Shown: positions 51,049 through 62,268, counted from the stretch's first letter. The stretch: 64,000 nucleotides of DNA from Desulfobacterales bacterium (GCA_046540355.1 JBKHFD010000001.1:19800-83799); one strand, 5' to 3'. Numbers and translations: made by a program. Notes: generated by a model from the letters alone, not told the origin.

Positions 51049-52383
51049 TTACTGCTGCCCGGCATGCGACCAGTCCGGGAGTTTTTGCTCGCCGGGAATA
51101 TCTAAAAGCTGCCGCTGCTCTGTTCCGGATGCGGTCATTACATACAGCCGGGACGATCCTGTTCTGGTGGATGAAAAAACTATCATGCTCCCGTCAGGAG
51201 ACCAGCTCGGAGCTTCATTGCTCCCGGTCTGCCTTGTCAGCCTGGTAGTCTCTCGGGTTTCAACATCAATCACATATATATCGGTATTTCCGTCTTTCAT
51301 TCCTGAATAAACGATCTCGCCTGCAACCGGTGACCAATCAGGCTGGGTATTATATCTGCCCTCATAGGTTAAACGGCTCACATCGCCTGACTCAAGGTCC
51401 TTAATATAAATCTGAGGAGAACCGGATCGGTTTGACACAAATGCCATTTGTTTCCCGTCGGGGGAAAAAGTAGGCGACACATCGACCCCCCAGCTATTTG
51501 TCAGCTTTTTATCAATTTTTCCGGTCCCGGTCAAAAGATAAATATCCTCGCCTCCCTCAAAAGAAAGCGTAGCAGCCATCCCTGGCCGGTCAGGCCTCCA
51601 TGCCGGCGTAAGATTGATTCCTTCATAATCGGCAAATATTTCCTGAAGTCCGGACTCCAGATCGTATACGTAGATATTGGGATGTTCGTTTAGATAGGCG
51701 GTATAGGCAACAGACTGTCCGTCCGGAGACCAGGCCGGCGAAACAACTATCTCCTGCGGCTCTGTAATTCGCCTCACGTTACTGCCGTCGAAATCGCAAA
51801 CATATACTGCCTTGCCCTTATCCTCTTCGCCTATAAAGGCTATCTGACTTTGGAAAAGCCCTGTTTTCCCGGTAAGCCGATTGATTACTTCCCCACAGAA
51901 TTTTAGGACCATCCGCCGCTGATCGGCAGAACTGCCTGTATAACGCTTTCCCATCAGCATCTCTTCCCTGAAAGGATCAAAAAGCCTGAATTCCATTTGC
52001 AGGACTCCGGACTTTCTGCGCACTCCTCCCGTAATAAGCAACTCGGCACCGATATCCCGCCAGTTCTTAAAATTTATTTCCCCGCGCGTGATCCCCTGTT
52101 CTTCAGAATCAACAAGAAAGGCCTTTCTGTCCACCATCTTGAAATAGCCGGTATAGTCGAAGGCATCCTGCATCATGTCTGCTGAACCATCTGCCGCACT
52201 CTCTACAGTGTCGCCCTCGGACAGAGCTTTAAATACAGGCACCGCCATGGAAATCTTCTCCGTAAAAGGCTCATTGATGCTGATATAGTCGTATTGGGAC
52301 TCACAGTTACCCGGAAAAGGAACAAGCAACACACCAGCAGTAAAAATTGCTATTATAAAGCAAAGCTTGGGTATCCTGATCAT
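51049..52383 (-). CDS. tolB: Tol-Pal beta-propeller protein TolB
   Basis: TolB_N region plus repeated P.WSPDG blades; position in the operon. Confidence 0.95.
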   Translation of the reverse strand: MIRIPKLCFIIAIFTAGVLLVPFPGNCESQYDYISINEPFTEKISMAVPVFKALSEGDTVESAADGSADMMQDAFDYTGYFKMVDRKAFLVDSEEQGITRGEINFKNWRDIGAELLITGGVRRKSGVLQMEFRLFDPFREEMLMGKRYTGSSADQRRMVLKFCGEVINRLTGKTGLFQSQIAFIGEEDKGKAVYVCDFDGSNVRRITEPQEIVVSPAWSPDGQSVAYTAYLNEHPNIYVYDLESGLQEIFADYEGINLTPAWRPDRPGMAATLSFEGGEDIYLLTGTGKIDKKLTNSWGVDVSPTFSPDGKQMAFVSNRSGSPQIYIKDLESGDVSRLTYEGRYNTQPDWSPVAGEIVYSGMKDGNTDIYVIDVETRETTRLTRQTGSNEAPSWSPDGSMIVFSSTRTGSSRLYVMTASGTEQRQLLDIPGEQKLPDWSHAGQQ

Positions 52384-52445
52384 GAGAACCTTCCTGTGGT
52401 TAAAAACATGAGTTATTATCATCCCCGATTTTCCCGGAATTTTTT

Positions 52446-53405
52446 TTATCGCTTCAAGCCGCTGGGCGTAAAACCGAGTACCAAATGGTATTGTGAACGC
52501 CCTTCAGGCAGGGGTGGCAGAGGACTTGCCTTCATTACGGTCCTGTAGGCGGATTCATCAAGATAGGTGTTGCCGGAGCGCTTCTCAAACCATACATCGG
52601 CTATCTCCCCATCAGACATTATCTCTATCACAAGTCTGGCTTCAAGCCCCTTGGTTGACTCACCCGCCATATCCGGCGAAAAAGCCCAGTTTTGCTTCAT
52701 TAAAACCGCAACTTCTGCCTGGTATATCTCCATGGTGCCCAGATCATCTGAGGCAGACCCGCCGGAAGATCCACTTCTTCGCCCTTTTAGCTGCTCGCTG
52801 TAGTCCTCATCCCCAATTTCTCCTTCGAGCCGGGCGATTCTATCCTGAAGGGACTTGGGTCTCTGCTTTTCTGATTCCTGCTCCATGCGGCTTACGGCGT
52901 CTGCTATCACCTTGTCCGGATCAAATGTTTTCTCCTCACTGGAGCCTTTCACTTCCGGCTCGGGGGTTTTCAGCTCGTAATCCTCCGGAAGATCCTTTTT
53001 GCCTCCGCTTTTGGCCCCCAGCACCCTGGGTTTTGAATCCCGGCTTTCCGGAACACTTTCTTCCTCCTCCCCAGTATCTTCCTCCTCCCCAGTATCTTCC
53101 TCCTCCCCAGTATCGTCAATGGAAACATCATCTGCTTTTTCGTCCTCAACTTCGGTTTCACCCTGAGCACCTCCTTCCCCGGGCGGTGCCGGAACCTCAG
53201 GATTAAAGGAGACCAGATCCACATTTATAGTATCTTCCGGTCTGATCCATTCGGCTTCAGATCCACCCCAGGGAGAAAACACCACAGCCGCAAGAACCGT
53301 CAGATGGATAAACAGGGATGCTGCAACACAGATCCACCAGAAAGGCGGGCGCAATTCGACCCCAAATAGCTCAACAGCCTGGGATTTGCCTTTTTTAACG
53401 CTCAT
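52446..53405 (-). CDS. tolA: TolA/TonB-family energy transducer
   Basis: TM helix with S-x3-H (ASLFIH), acidic linker, C-terminal SG..YLDESA..V.KA.PLP domain. Confidence 0.88.
   Translation of the reverse strand: MSVKKGKSQAVELFGVELRPPFWWICVAASLFIHLTVLAAVVFSPWGGSEAEWIRPEDTINVDLVSFNPEVPAPPGEGGAQGETEVEDEKADDVSIDDTGEEEDTGEEEDTGEEEESVPESRDSKPRVLGAKSGGKKDLPEDYELKTPEPEVKGSSEEKTFDPDKVIADAVSRMEQESEKQRPKSLQDRIARLEGEIGDEDYSEQLKGRRSGSSGGSASDDLGTMEIYQAEVAVLMKQNWAFSPDMAGESTKGLEARLVIEIMSDGEIADVWFEKRSGNTYLDESAYRTVMKASPLPPLPEGRSQYHLVLGFTPSGLKR
53061..53114. repeat. Three perfect 18-bp tandem repeats in tolA, encoding DTGEEE x3
   Basis: TTCCTCCTCCCCAGTATC at 53061, 53079 and 53097. Confidence 0.95.
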
Positions 53406-53416
53406 TTCAGGTCGGA

Positions 53417-53851
53417 TCAGTCTTCTTCGGATTCTTCGGCCTCCCCTGTGGGGGATGTAGTAACCACGCCAAGCCTTTCAACCCCTGATTTTTTAATTTC
53501 CGACATTACAATCGCCACACGGCCGTAGGGTACGCTTTGGTCGGCTTTTAAAAAAACTTCCCGGGAAGCCCTGTTTTCAAAAATCCTTTCCAGCTTTTCG
53601 CCAAGCAGGTCAACGCCGACCTCATTATCATTGATCCGTACCTTTGCTTCCTTATCGATACTTATCACCAGCGGCTCCTGCTCTGCTTCAAGCTGGCCCG
53701 CGCTTTTTGTCTCCGGCAGAGAAACATTTACACCCTGGACCATCATGGGCGCTGCCACCATGAAAATAATGAGCAGTACCAGCATTACGTCCACAAAAGG
53801 CACAACGTTAATCTCCGATAGCAGGGTATCCCTGCTGGGATTGGTCTTCAC
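53417..53851 (-). CDS. tolR: TolR
   Basis: EINVVPFVDVMLVLLIIFMV, LKADQSVPYG. Confidence 0.95.
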   Translation of the reverse strand: MKTNPSRDTLLSEINVVPFVDVMLVLLIIFMVAAPMMVQGVNVSLPETKSAGQLEAEQEPLVISIDKEAKVRINDNEVGVDLLGEKLERIFENRASREVFLKADQSVPYGRVAIVMSEIKKSGVERLGVVTTSPTGEAEESEED

Positions 53852-54579
53852 TTTGCAGCCTCCCGGTATGCAAGATAATCACTTTCTATGATGTTTATAA
53901 AATCAGATGAAAAACTTTCCATTTCTGATTCGAGTATGCGGATTTTCTGGGTGAAGTAATTGTATCCTACCACGGCGGGAATTGCTACCGCAAGGCCCGC
54001 CGCTGTAGCCACAAGGGCCTCGGAAATACCCGGGGCTACCGCTGCAAGACTGTTTGCCCCCCTCTGGTAGGCAATTCCATGAAACGAATGCATTATGCCC
54101 CATACAGTGCCAAACAACCCGATAAAGGGAGCAATGTTGCCGGTAGTGGCCAGGAAGGGGACAAGTTGTATCAAATGCATGCTCTCCATGGTCACCGAAC
54201 GGTTAAGGGCCCGTCGCACTGTTTCCACACCCATGGATTTCCTGGCAGAAACAGCACCCTCGCTTTCCCTGGACTGGCCGGGTGAGGACGCACTCCGGTT
54301 TAATTTTTTTAACTCCAGGTACGCGATCCTGAATATCCTGGCTACCGGGCTGTAGCGAAGCTGCTTTGCCTTGGCAAAGGCATTGGAGAAATCCCTGGTT
54401 TTCCAGAAATACTCGATGAAAGCAGCGGATTCGTTATACGCCCTGCGAACCTGTATGTATTTGATGAAAATTATCGCCCATGTTGCCACTGAAAAAGCCA
54501 GGAGCAGAATAATAACAAACTGCACCATCAACCCGGCATTTAGAACCATACCAACAATATTTAAAGACTCAGGACCCAT
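53848..54579 (-). CDS. tolQ: TolQ
   Basis: FLATTGNIAPFIGLFGTVWGIM, VAPGISEALVATAAGL. Confidence 0.96.
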   Translation of the reverse strand: MGPESLNIVGMVLNAGLMVQFVIILLLAFSVATWAIIFIKYIQVRRAYNESAAFIEYFWKTRDFSNAFAKAKQLRYSPVARIFRIAYLELKKLNRSASSPGQSRESEGAVSARKSMGVETVRRALNRSVTMESMHLIQLVPFLATTGNIAPFIGLFGTVWGIMHSFHGIAYQRGANSLAAVAPGISEALVATAAGLAVAIPAVVGYNYFTQKIRILESEMESFSSDFINIIESDYLAYREAAK

Positions 54580-54778
54580 TAAAACGCCTCTTTCGTTTCA
54601 GTTATAATGCATGGCCGAAACAGGCTTATGCATTTTTTCCCACCCTTGTTTTCCGGGATTAAAATCCCGGGGACAACTTAAGATTCAGACACTAATTATC
54701 CGAGATTTACCGCCTGTGTCAAGAGCAATGGTGGCGACAGAAAAAAACCAACCGCCGGGGAAGGTCAATACATACAAA

Positions 54779-54813
54779 AGCGCCCCGTGCATTTTATTAT
54801 GCACAAGGGCGCT
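54779..54813 (-). terminator. Probable terminator after groEL
   Basis: Minus strand AGCGCCCTTGTGCAT-loop-ATGCACGGGGCGCT followed by TTT. Confidence 0.65.
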
Positions 54814-54867
54814 GTCATATATCACAAACTTAAAAATCAGGCTGGTTTTGCAAGGGCTGCCCGACGG

Positions 54868-56532
<1,665 letters not shown>

Positions 56533-56580
56533 TTACCTCCCGTTCTTTTTTATTCCACCTTGGTTCAGTATGCGCGTCTA

Positions 56581-56868
56581 CTACTCGATAATTCCCAGCA
56601 CATCGTCTTCCCTCATGACAAGATGCTCTTCATCCTCGATCTTGACCTCCGTGCCTGCATACTTTGCAAAAAGCACACGGTCTCCGGCCTTGACCTGAAG
56701 AGGCATGCGCTTGCCGTCATCGTTAAGCTTGCCGTCGCCGGCCGCCACGACTTCCCCCTGGGCCGGTTTTTCCTTTGCACTCTCCGGAATGATGATTCCG
56801 CCCTTTGTTTTGGATTCTTCCTCAAGGCGCTTTACCAGAATGCGATCATTCAACGGTTTGATCTTCAT
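56581..56868 (-). CDS. groS: Co-chaperonin GroES
   Basis: [28 protein letters not shown]. Confidence 0.99.
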   Translation of the reverse strand: MKIKPLNDRILVKRLEEESKTKGGIIIPESAKEKPAQGEVVAAGDGKLNDDGKRMPLQVKAGDRVLFAKYAGTEVKIEDEEHLVMREDDVLGIIE

Positions 56869-56963
56869 TGCCCACTTCTCCTTTTTTGATTTCTACCGGT
56901 TTAAATTGATGGTGTCCGAACGTTACAATATGCAATAAATTTAAGCTATAAACCGCAGCGCTT

Positions 56964-57251
56964 TTACGACTCACTCGATGTATTGCCGCTGCTGTTTGTA
57001 TTTGCCTCGGCGGTTGTCGATTCCTTCGGCGTTGATTCCTCTTTTTTGCCGGAGGATGAAGGTGTTTTGGGGCTGTTGGCATAATCGGTTGCATACCAAC
57101 CCGTTCCCTTCAAATGAAATGTACACTGGGAGATTCGTTTATGCAATGTCCCGCAACATTCAGGGCATTCTGACAGGGGAGCATCCGACATCTTCTGCAA
57201 AACCTCATGAACCCTGCCGCATTTTGAACACTGGTACTCGTATATTGGCAT
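56964..57251 (-). CDS. FmdB family zinc-ribbon protein
   Basis: MPIYEYQC..CG, CPEC, F.LKGTGWYATDY, low-complexity tail. Confidence 0.92.
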   Translation of the reverse strand: MPIYEYQCSKCGRVHEVLQKMSDAPLSECPECCGTLHKRISQCTFHLKGTGWYATDYANSPKTPSSSGKKEESTPKESTTAEANTNSSGNTSSES

Positions 57252-57316
57252 CGCTGAAATTTCTCCTGTTTTCAGAATGATACCTTGTTATTGGCCCCTT
57301 ACTTATGATCGTAATC

Positions 57317-57344
57317 AATATAGTTCATAATTCGAAGTTGTCAA
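57317..57344 (-). promoter_or_regulatory. Putative sigma70 promoter upstream of fmdB-groES-groEL
   Basis: Minus strand TTGACA-16 nt-TATATT. Confidence 0.55.
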
Positions 57345-57393
57345 GCCGGACCGATAATTTTTTTGCTGTTTTAGCACTGTTTTACTGCTTCCA

Positions 57394-57924
57394 TCAGGAG
57401 CCGGCTCTGCGCCAGTTTTCATAAAATCCGAATACCGGCTGCATACCTGCTATCCGCCTCGGGGCCAGGATCTGATGGGTTATCCCGTGAACACGGATTT
57501 CCTCGGCCTGCCTCTGCTCTTCGGGCACGGCAAATCTTTGCTGAAACCGCCTGAATCTAACTACATGAACCAGTTCGTGACAAATAATATACAATAAAAA
57601 CGGGTAAAGCTCTATTTCCGGGTGACGCTGCATCACTTTCAAAATGGAGTGATCCTGAAGACATATCTTGTAGAAATCATCGGCCGCGGTTGTAAGCAGT
57701 GAATCAGGCTTTTGGGCGCGATAACGAACAATCTGGGCAAAATGCCCGGCGACTGTCTCGTGAGGTCCCAGATCGGCAGCGGTCTTGATGTCATAGTTGA
57801 GCTGACGCATCTGGGTGGCTGACAGCTTGTAATAATTGCTTACAAGATCCTCCGCCTCAGCTGCCGCCCTGCTGACGACCGTAATTTGCCCGGAGCTGAA
57901 TTTTGAATTTTCCTCAATTGTCAT
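57394..57924 (-). CDS. Hypothetical protein with an HEXXH zincin-like motif
   Basis: YIICHELVHVVRF, followed by a downstream EE (QAEEIRVH) as a possible third ligand. Confidence 0.75.
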   Translation of the reverse strand: MTIEENSKFSSGQITVVSRAAAEAEDLVSNYYKLSATQMRQLNYDIKTAADLGPHETVAGHFAQIVRYRAQKPDSLLTTAADDFYKICLQDHSILKVMQRHPEIELYPFLLYIICHELVHVVRFRRFQQRFAVPEEQRQAEEIRVHGITHQILAPRRIAGMQPVFGFYENWRRAGS

Positions 57925-58060
57925 TGCCGCGGTATCCGGCTGCCTGAGAGCCCGTTGGTGGTGTGTAGGAAAACTATGGACACTTCATTAATCATATGCT
58001 ATTTTAATTGGATATAGCTGATATGGATTTAAAATTATCCTGAAAGGGGGTGATCGTCAG

Positions 58061-58159
58061 TTGGGCAGCGTAATAAAAAAACGCAGGAAAAAAATGCGGA
58101 AGCATAAGCACCGAAAGTTACTGGCACGGACAAGACACCAGAGACGAAAAGGGAAGTAA
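58061..58159 (+). CDS. 30S ribosomal protein bS22 (AURKAIP1/COX24/DUF1713 family), 32 aa
   Basis: Not in the ORF track. RBS AAGGGGGTGA, TTG start, MGSVIKKRRKKMRKHKHRKLLARTRHQRRKGK*, followed by a terminator. Confidence 0.93.
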   Translation: MGSVIKKRRKKMRKHKHRKLLARTRHQRRKGK

Positions 58160-58187
58160 AAAATGATACCCGTCGGCTCGTGTACTA

Positions 58188-58226
58188 AAGACCCGGGAAA
58201 AACATAAATGGTTTTCCCGGGTTTTT
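58188..58226. terminator. Probable bidirectional terminator between the bS22 gene and hflC
   Basis: ACCCGGGAAAA...TTTTCCCGGGT stem followed by a T-run. Confidence 0.85.
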
Positions 58227-58242
58227 GTGTCCACTTGTGAAA

Positions 58243-59247
58243 CTACCTGCTTTCTGGTCCGGCCGAAGAATTAAAGTCTTCTATATACTGCAGAAACTCC
58301 GAGTCCGTGGAGAGCACCAGATCGGAGCCTTCCAGAGAATCCGAATAAATATCCAGCGACTTCATAAAAGAATAAAATTCAGGATCTTTTCCGAAAGCTT
58401 CTGCATAAAGCAAGGTGGCCTCTGCATCTGCATCACCCTTGACCTGCTCGGCTTTTTTATACGCCCCGGACTGAATTTCCAGAAGATCCCTTTCCTTGTC
58501 GCCCTCTATCTTTCGCTTCTCGCCTTGTCCTATTGAACGGATTTTTTCCGCCATCTGCTTGCGCTCGGCTATCATTCGGTTATATACAGACTTTCGCACT
58601 CCTTCCACGTAATTGACCCGCTTGATTTTTACGTCAATGATATCTATGCCGAATTTGTCAAGCTTGGGCTGGGCTTCTGCCAGCATCATCTTTGTCAGCG
58701 CCGCGCGACCCACTTTTACTTTGTATTGCTCCCTGTCTTCGTCCTCTTCTTCCTCGACCACCTCTTTGATGGCATCGGACTTGACATCTTCCATTTCCTC
58801 CTGGTCCAGAGTGGTCATTTCCCGGTTGCTTGTGCGCACGGTTTCGATAAGTTCATGGGATGTAATCACGTTTCTCACGGCGGGATTGATAATATCATCA
58901 AGCCTGCCCATGGCACTGGTAACGTCTGTAACTGTTCTTAGAAACGCCACGGGATCTACAATCCGCCAGCGGGCAAATGTGTCCACCCATATATAGGTTT
59001 TGTCCAGGGTTGGTATCTGGCCCGGCTCCCCGTCCCAGGCCTGAATGTTGCTGGGAAAATAATTGGCCCTCTGTACAAACGGGATCCTGAATTTCAAACC
59101 GGGCTCGGTTACCGCCTCCCCTATTACGCGGCCGAACTGGGTGATTACCACCTGTTCGGTTTCATCCACGGTGTAGGCCGAGGACATAAAAACCACACCT
59201 GCTATGATTAAAACGATTATTACGGCTATATATTTATTGGCCTGCAT
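58243..59247 (-). CDS. hflC: FtsH protease modulator HflC
   Basis: SPFH domain, TQFGR, PGLKF.IPF, RMIAER, DPEFY.F.KSL; GTG at 59256 is an alternative start. Confidence 0.95.
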   Translation of the reverse strand: MQANKYIAVIIVLIIAGVVFMSSAYTVDETEQVVITQFGRVIGEAVTEPGLKFRIPFVQRANYFPSNIQAWDGEPGQIPTLDKTYIWVDTFARWRIVDPVAFLRTVTDVTSAMGRLDDIINPAVRNVITSHELIETVRTSNREMTTLDQEEMEDVKSDAIKEVVEEEEDEDREQYKVKVGRAALTKMMLAEAQPKLDKFGIDIIDVKIKRVNYVEGVRKSVYNRMIAERKQMAEKIRSIGQGEKRKIEGDKERDLLEIQSGAYKKAEQVKGDADAEATLLYAEAFGKDPEFYSFMKSLDIYSDSLEGSDLVLSTDSEFLQYIEDFNSSAGPESR

Positions 59248-60304
59248 CCTGTACACCTTTTTTCAGTCCGAGATTAAGAAGCGGCAGGAGATTGTCCTGC
59301 CTGGAATCCACTATATACTTATTGCCGAGTTCCGGCATCACCTGGTTCATCATCTCAAGATACAGCCTCCGGCGCGTGACATCCGGGGCTTCCTTATAGG
59401 CTTCATACCTGGAGATGAACCTGGAGGCATCGCCCTCGGCTCTGTTTACCCTGTTGAAAGCATAGCCCTTGGACGATTCGACCGTTTTTTCAGCCTGCCC
59501 CCTGGCCCTGGGAATAACCTGATTGTAATCCTTTCTGGCCTGGTATATCATTTCCTCTCTTTCCTGGACCGCGCGGTTTACCTCATTGAATGAATCCTGC
59601 ACGGGCTCGGGAACGTTTGTGTTGCCCAGTTCCACGGTGGCCACACTTATGCCGGTCTCTGCCTCGTCAAGATCCTCCTGCAGGCGCACTGCGGCATCAG
59701 CGGCTATCTCCTGTCTCCTGCTGATAACCTCGTTGATGCTTCGGTCTCCCACGACCAGGCGCATGGAGGCTTCGGCCATATCCCTGATAAGCTGGCGGAC
59801 ATCAGCCACTTCAAACAGATAATTGTAAGGATCCTTTATTCTGTATTGCACTATCCAGGGCACCAGTCCAACATTGAGATCGCCGGTCAGCATCATTGCG
59901 ACATTTATTTCGTCCCGGTTTACCCCGAAATTCGAGGATTCGGAAAGGTCATCGGGCTTAAGTCCGAACTGTTCCGTATAAACCCTTTTTGTCTTGACCT
60001 TTGTAACCTTTTCTATGCCTGCCGGCAACTTGAAATGGAGCCCTGACTGCGTGGTACGGATATATTCTCCTAAGCGCTGGATTACGCCCACCTCGTTTGA
60101 CTCCACCGTATAGACCGTGGTAGAGCCTACAGCAATGACAAGGATGGCAATAATAATTAAGATCCAACCCTTGGAAAACTTAAATTCCTTAAATTTGTTG
60201 ACAATATCATCGAACTGAGGCGGACGGCCGCCGCCGCCGATACCCCCGCCCGATTTGCCTCGCTCCTTTTGGCGCTCCTGGAGCTTGTCCCAGTCCCAGT
60301 TCAT
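59234..60304 (-). CDS. hflK: FtsH protease modulator HflK
   Basis: MLTGDLN, VQYRIKDP, PRARGQA, RAEGDA.RF, PDVTRRRLYLE. Confidence 0.96.
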   Translation of the reverse strand: MNWDWDKLQERQKERGKSGGGIGGGGRPPQFDDIVNKFKEFKFSKGWILIIIAILVIAVGSTTVYTVESNEVGVIQRLGEYIRTTQSGLHFKLPAGIEKVTKVKTKRVYTEQFGLKPDDLSESSNFGVNRDEINVAMMLTGDLNVGLVPWIVQYRIKDPYNYLFEVADVRQLIRDMAEASMRLVVGDRSINEVISRRQEIAADAAVRLQEDLDEAETGISVATVELGNTNVPEPVQDSFNEVNRAVQEREEMIYQARKDYNQVIPRARGQAEKTVESSKGYAFNRVNRAEGDASRFISRYEAYKEAPDVTRRRLYLEMMNQVMPELGNKYIVDSRQDNLLPLLNLGLKKGVQDAGQ

Positions 60305-60407
60305 AATTAAAAACTCCGTCTATGATTTTCTTGTCCTTTTTTACCTGATAACCCTATATGTCTATAAGAGACGCCCGGCTGCGTCAAGGGAAAAACTCTG
60401 CCTTTAC

Positions 60408-61532
60408 TTACTTTCGCGACTTCTGCAGTCTGTTCTGAACGCAGTGGAGCAACTCCCCCTTGCGCAGGGCTTCCAGGCACTTGTTGCATGATATGCATGC
60501 AGGCTTTTTTATATCTCCTGATTTCCAGGCATTGACTATATCAGGCTCCCGGATTAAGGGGCGGCAAAGCGAGATAAAATCGGATTCCCGGTTTTCCACG
60601 ATTTCCTCCATCAGGGCAAAGCTGCGCAGGCCTCCAACCATCATAACAGGGGTGCTCACCAATTTTTTTACCTCCCTGCACCAATCCCGGAAATAGGCTT
60701 CACATCCGGCCTTGTTTATACCGGTTTTAAACTCGGTTTCACTGTAGGTGTTCCCCCTCAGCCCGGAACTGATCTCTATGGCATCAAATCCCCATTCGGA
60801 TAGCATCTGAGCGGCCCGGCAACCCTCGCCAAACTCAAGTCCCCCTTTAAAGCCGTCCTCAACGCCTATCTTTATCATGACAGGGAAATCACTTCCAACC
60901 TTTTCCCTGACTGCCTGATATATCTCCCTGTGGAGGCGAAGGCGGTTTTCCAGGCTTCCACCCAATTTATCCCGCCTGCGGTTTGTATACGGAGAGAGAA
61001 ACTGAGACAGCAGGTAGCCATGGGCGGCGTGAACCTGCAGACCGTCAAATCCGGCGCTCTTAACCCTTAGTGCGGCATCAGCGAATGCTCTGATAATCTC
61101 ATTGATTTCTTTGTCATTAAGACTTCGATAAGGACTTTGAAAATAAGGATCATCTTCAATAACCGACGGGCCTGCTGCCTCAAGGTTCTTTGCTTTTAAA
61201 AATCCTGCCGCCTCCCTGCCTGCATGAAAAAGCTGCACTGCAATTTTTGCGCCCCTTTCGTGCACTGTATCTGCCAGACGCCTCAAGCCGGGTATGGATG
61301 AATCATCTGCAACCGAATTCTGAAATGCTGAAATCCGCCCCAATTCCTGAACATAAGAAATGCCTGTTATTATCAGCCCGGTCCCGCCCGAGGCCAGCTT
61401 GTCAAAGAGCTCAACCTGGGCATCCGTAACATGGCCGTTTTTGTCAGCACATCCGTCATAGGTCGCAGACCGCACAAACCTGTTGGGCACAGACACCTTA
61501 TTTATTTTTACCTGTTCAAAGAGAACGCCCAT
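60408..61532 (-). CDS. NADH:flavin oxidoreductase (Old Yellow Enzyme family)
   Basis: NRFVRSAT, GFDGLQVHAAHGYLLSQFLSP, RPLIREP, CISCNKC. Confidence 0.94.
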   Translation of the reverse strand: MGVLFEQVKINKVSVPNRFVRSATYDGCADKNGHVTDAQVELFDKLASGGTGLIITGISYVQELGRISAFQNSVADDSSIPGLRRLADTVHERGAKIAVQLFHAGREAAGFLKAKNLEAAGPSVIEDDPYFQSPYRSLNDKEINEIIRAFADAALRVKSAGFDGLQVHAAHGYLLSQFLSPYTNRRRDKLGGSLENRLRLHREIYQAVREKVGSDFPVMIKIGVEDGFKGGLEFGEGCRAAQMLSEWGFDAIEISSGLRGNTYSETEFKTGINKAGCEAYFRDWCREVKKLVSTPVMMVGGLRSFALMEEIVENRESDFISLCRPLIREPDIVNAWKSGDIKKPACISCNKCLEALRKGELLHCVQNRLQKSRK

Positions 61533-61581
61533 TAAGCTCCCTTCCCGGACACCCGCTCGTTAATGTGAACAGCCCCCCCTC

Positions 61582-62172
61582 TTATGCAAATTTGCCTCCA
61601 TTGTACGTAAGCAGCCTGCGGCCATCGCTCTCCGATTCAGTAAACAGGCCCGCCTCAACAAGGGTGTTTATAACCTGGTTAAGTGTGCCCACATCCACGT
61701 CTTCCGTTGACATGCGGGACATTATCCCTACTACTTCCTCTCTAGTTCTTGGGTTCCCGTCTCCGAATTCCCTGCTGATACTTTCCTGAAGCCTGGAAAA
61801 CCCTGCACCCTCGGCATATCTTCCGTCAAGCGCCTCGGGGTAAACTATTTCACGCGGGAACCTGCGTCTTTCATGAGCCCTTGATTTTCTTCGTATATGG
61901 AGCCCTCTTATAACAAAGGCCGCAAAAAATATAAAAAACATGGCCCCGAATGCCTGGATCATCATAATAAAGGGAGTGTGTGAATAAGCAGTGGCATAAA
62001 GAGCGGCAGCGCATCCGAACAGGCACGTGGCAATGGCCAGAAAAAAAGCACTCCAGAAAAACGCATGATCTGCTTCGCGAATCGCTGAAACCGGCAGAAG
62101 AGCCACGCTGGGCTCCGAAGATGTCAGCAGATTCTCCACTTCCCTGATATTAAATCCCTCTTTGCCCGTCAT
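61582..62172 (-). CDS. Hypothetical membrane protein, two TM helices plus a possible C-terminal winged helix
   Basis: AGGAGG RBS, two hydrophobic segments, C-terminal TREEV...LNQVINTLVEAGLF...GRRLL. Confidence 0.75.
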   Translation of the reverse strand: MTGKEGFNIREVENLLTSSEPSVALLPVSAIREADHAFFWSAFFLAIATCLFGCAAALYATAYSHTPFIMMIQAFGAMFFIFFAAFVIRGLHIRRKSRAHERRRFPREIVYPEALDGRYAEGAGFSRLQESISREFGDGNPRTREEVVGIMSRMSTEDVDVGTLNQVINTLVEAGLFTESESDGRRLLTYNGGKFA

Positions 62173-62268
62173 GGTCGACCTCCTTTATAAAGGATCAACA
62201 GGATTGAAAAAAAACAAACAAAAATAATATAATATTACCTAAATCCCCCTATAAGTACAGTATAATTT

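Noticed and set aside
57371-57397. CIRCE element upstream of groESL
   Set aside because: Only TTAGCACTG is present; there is no GAGTGCTAA arm at 9-nt spacing.
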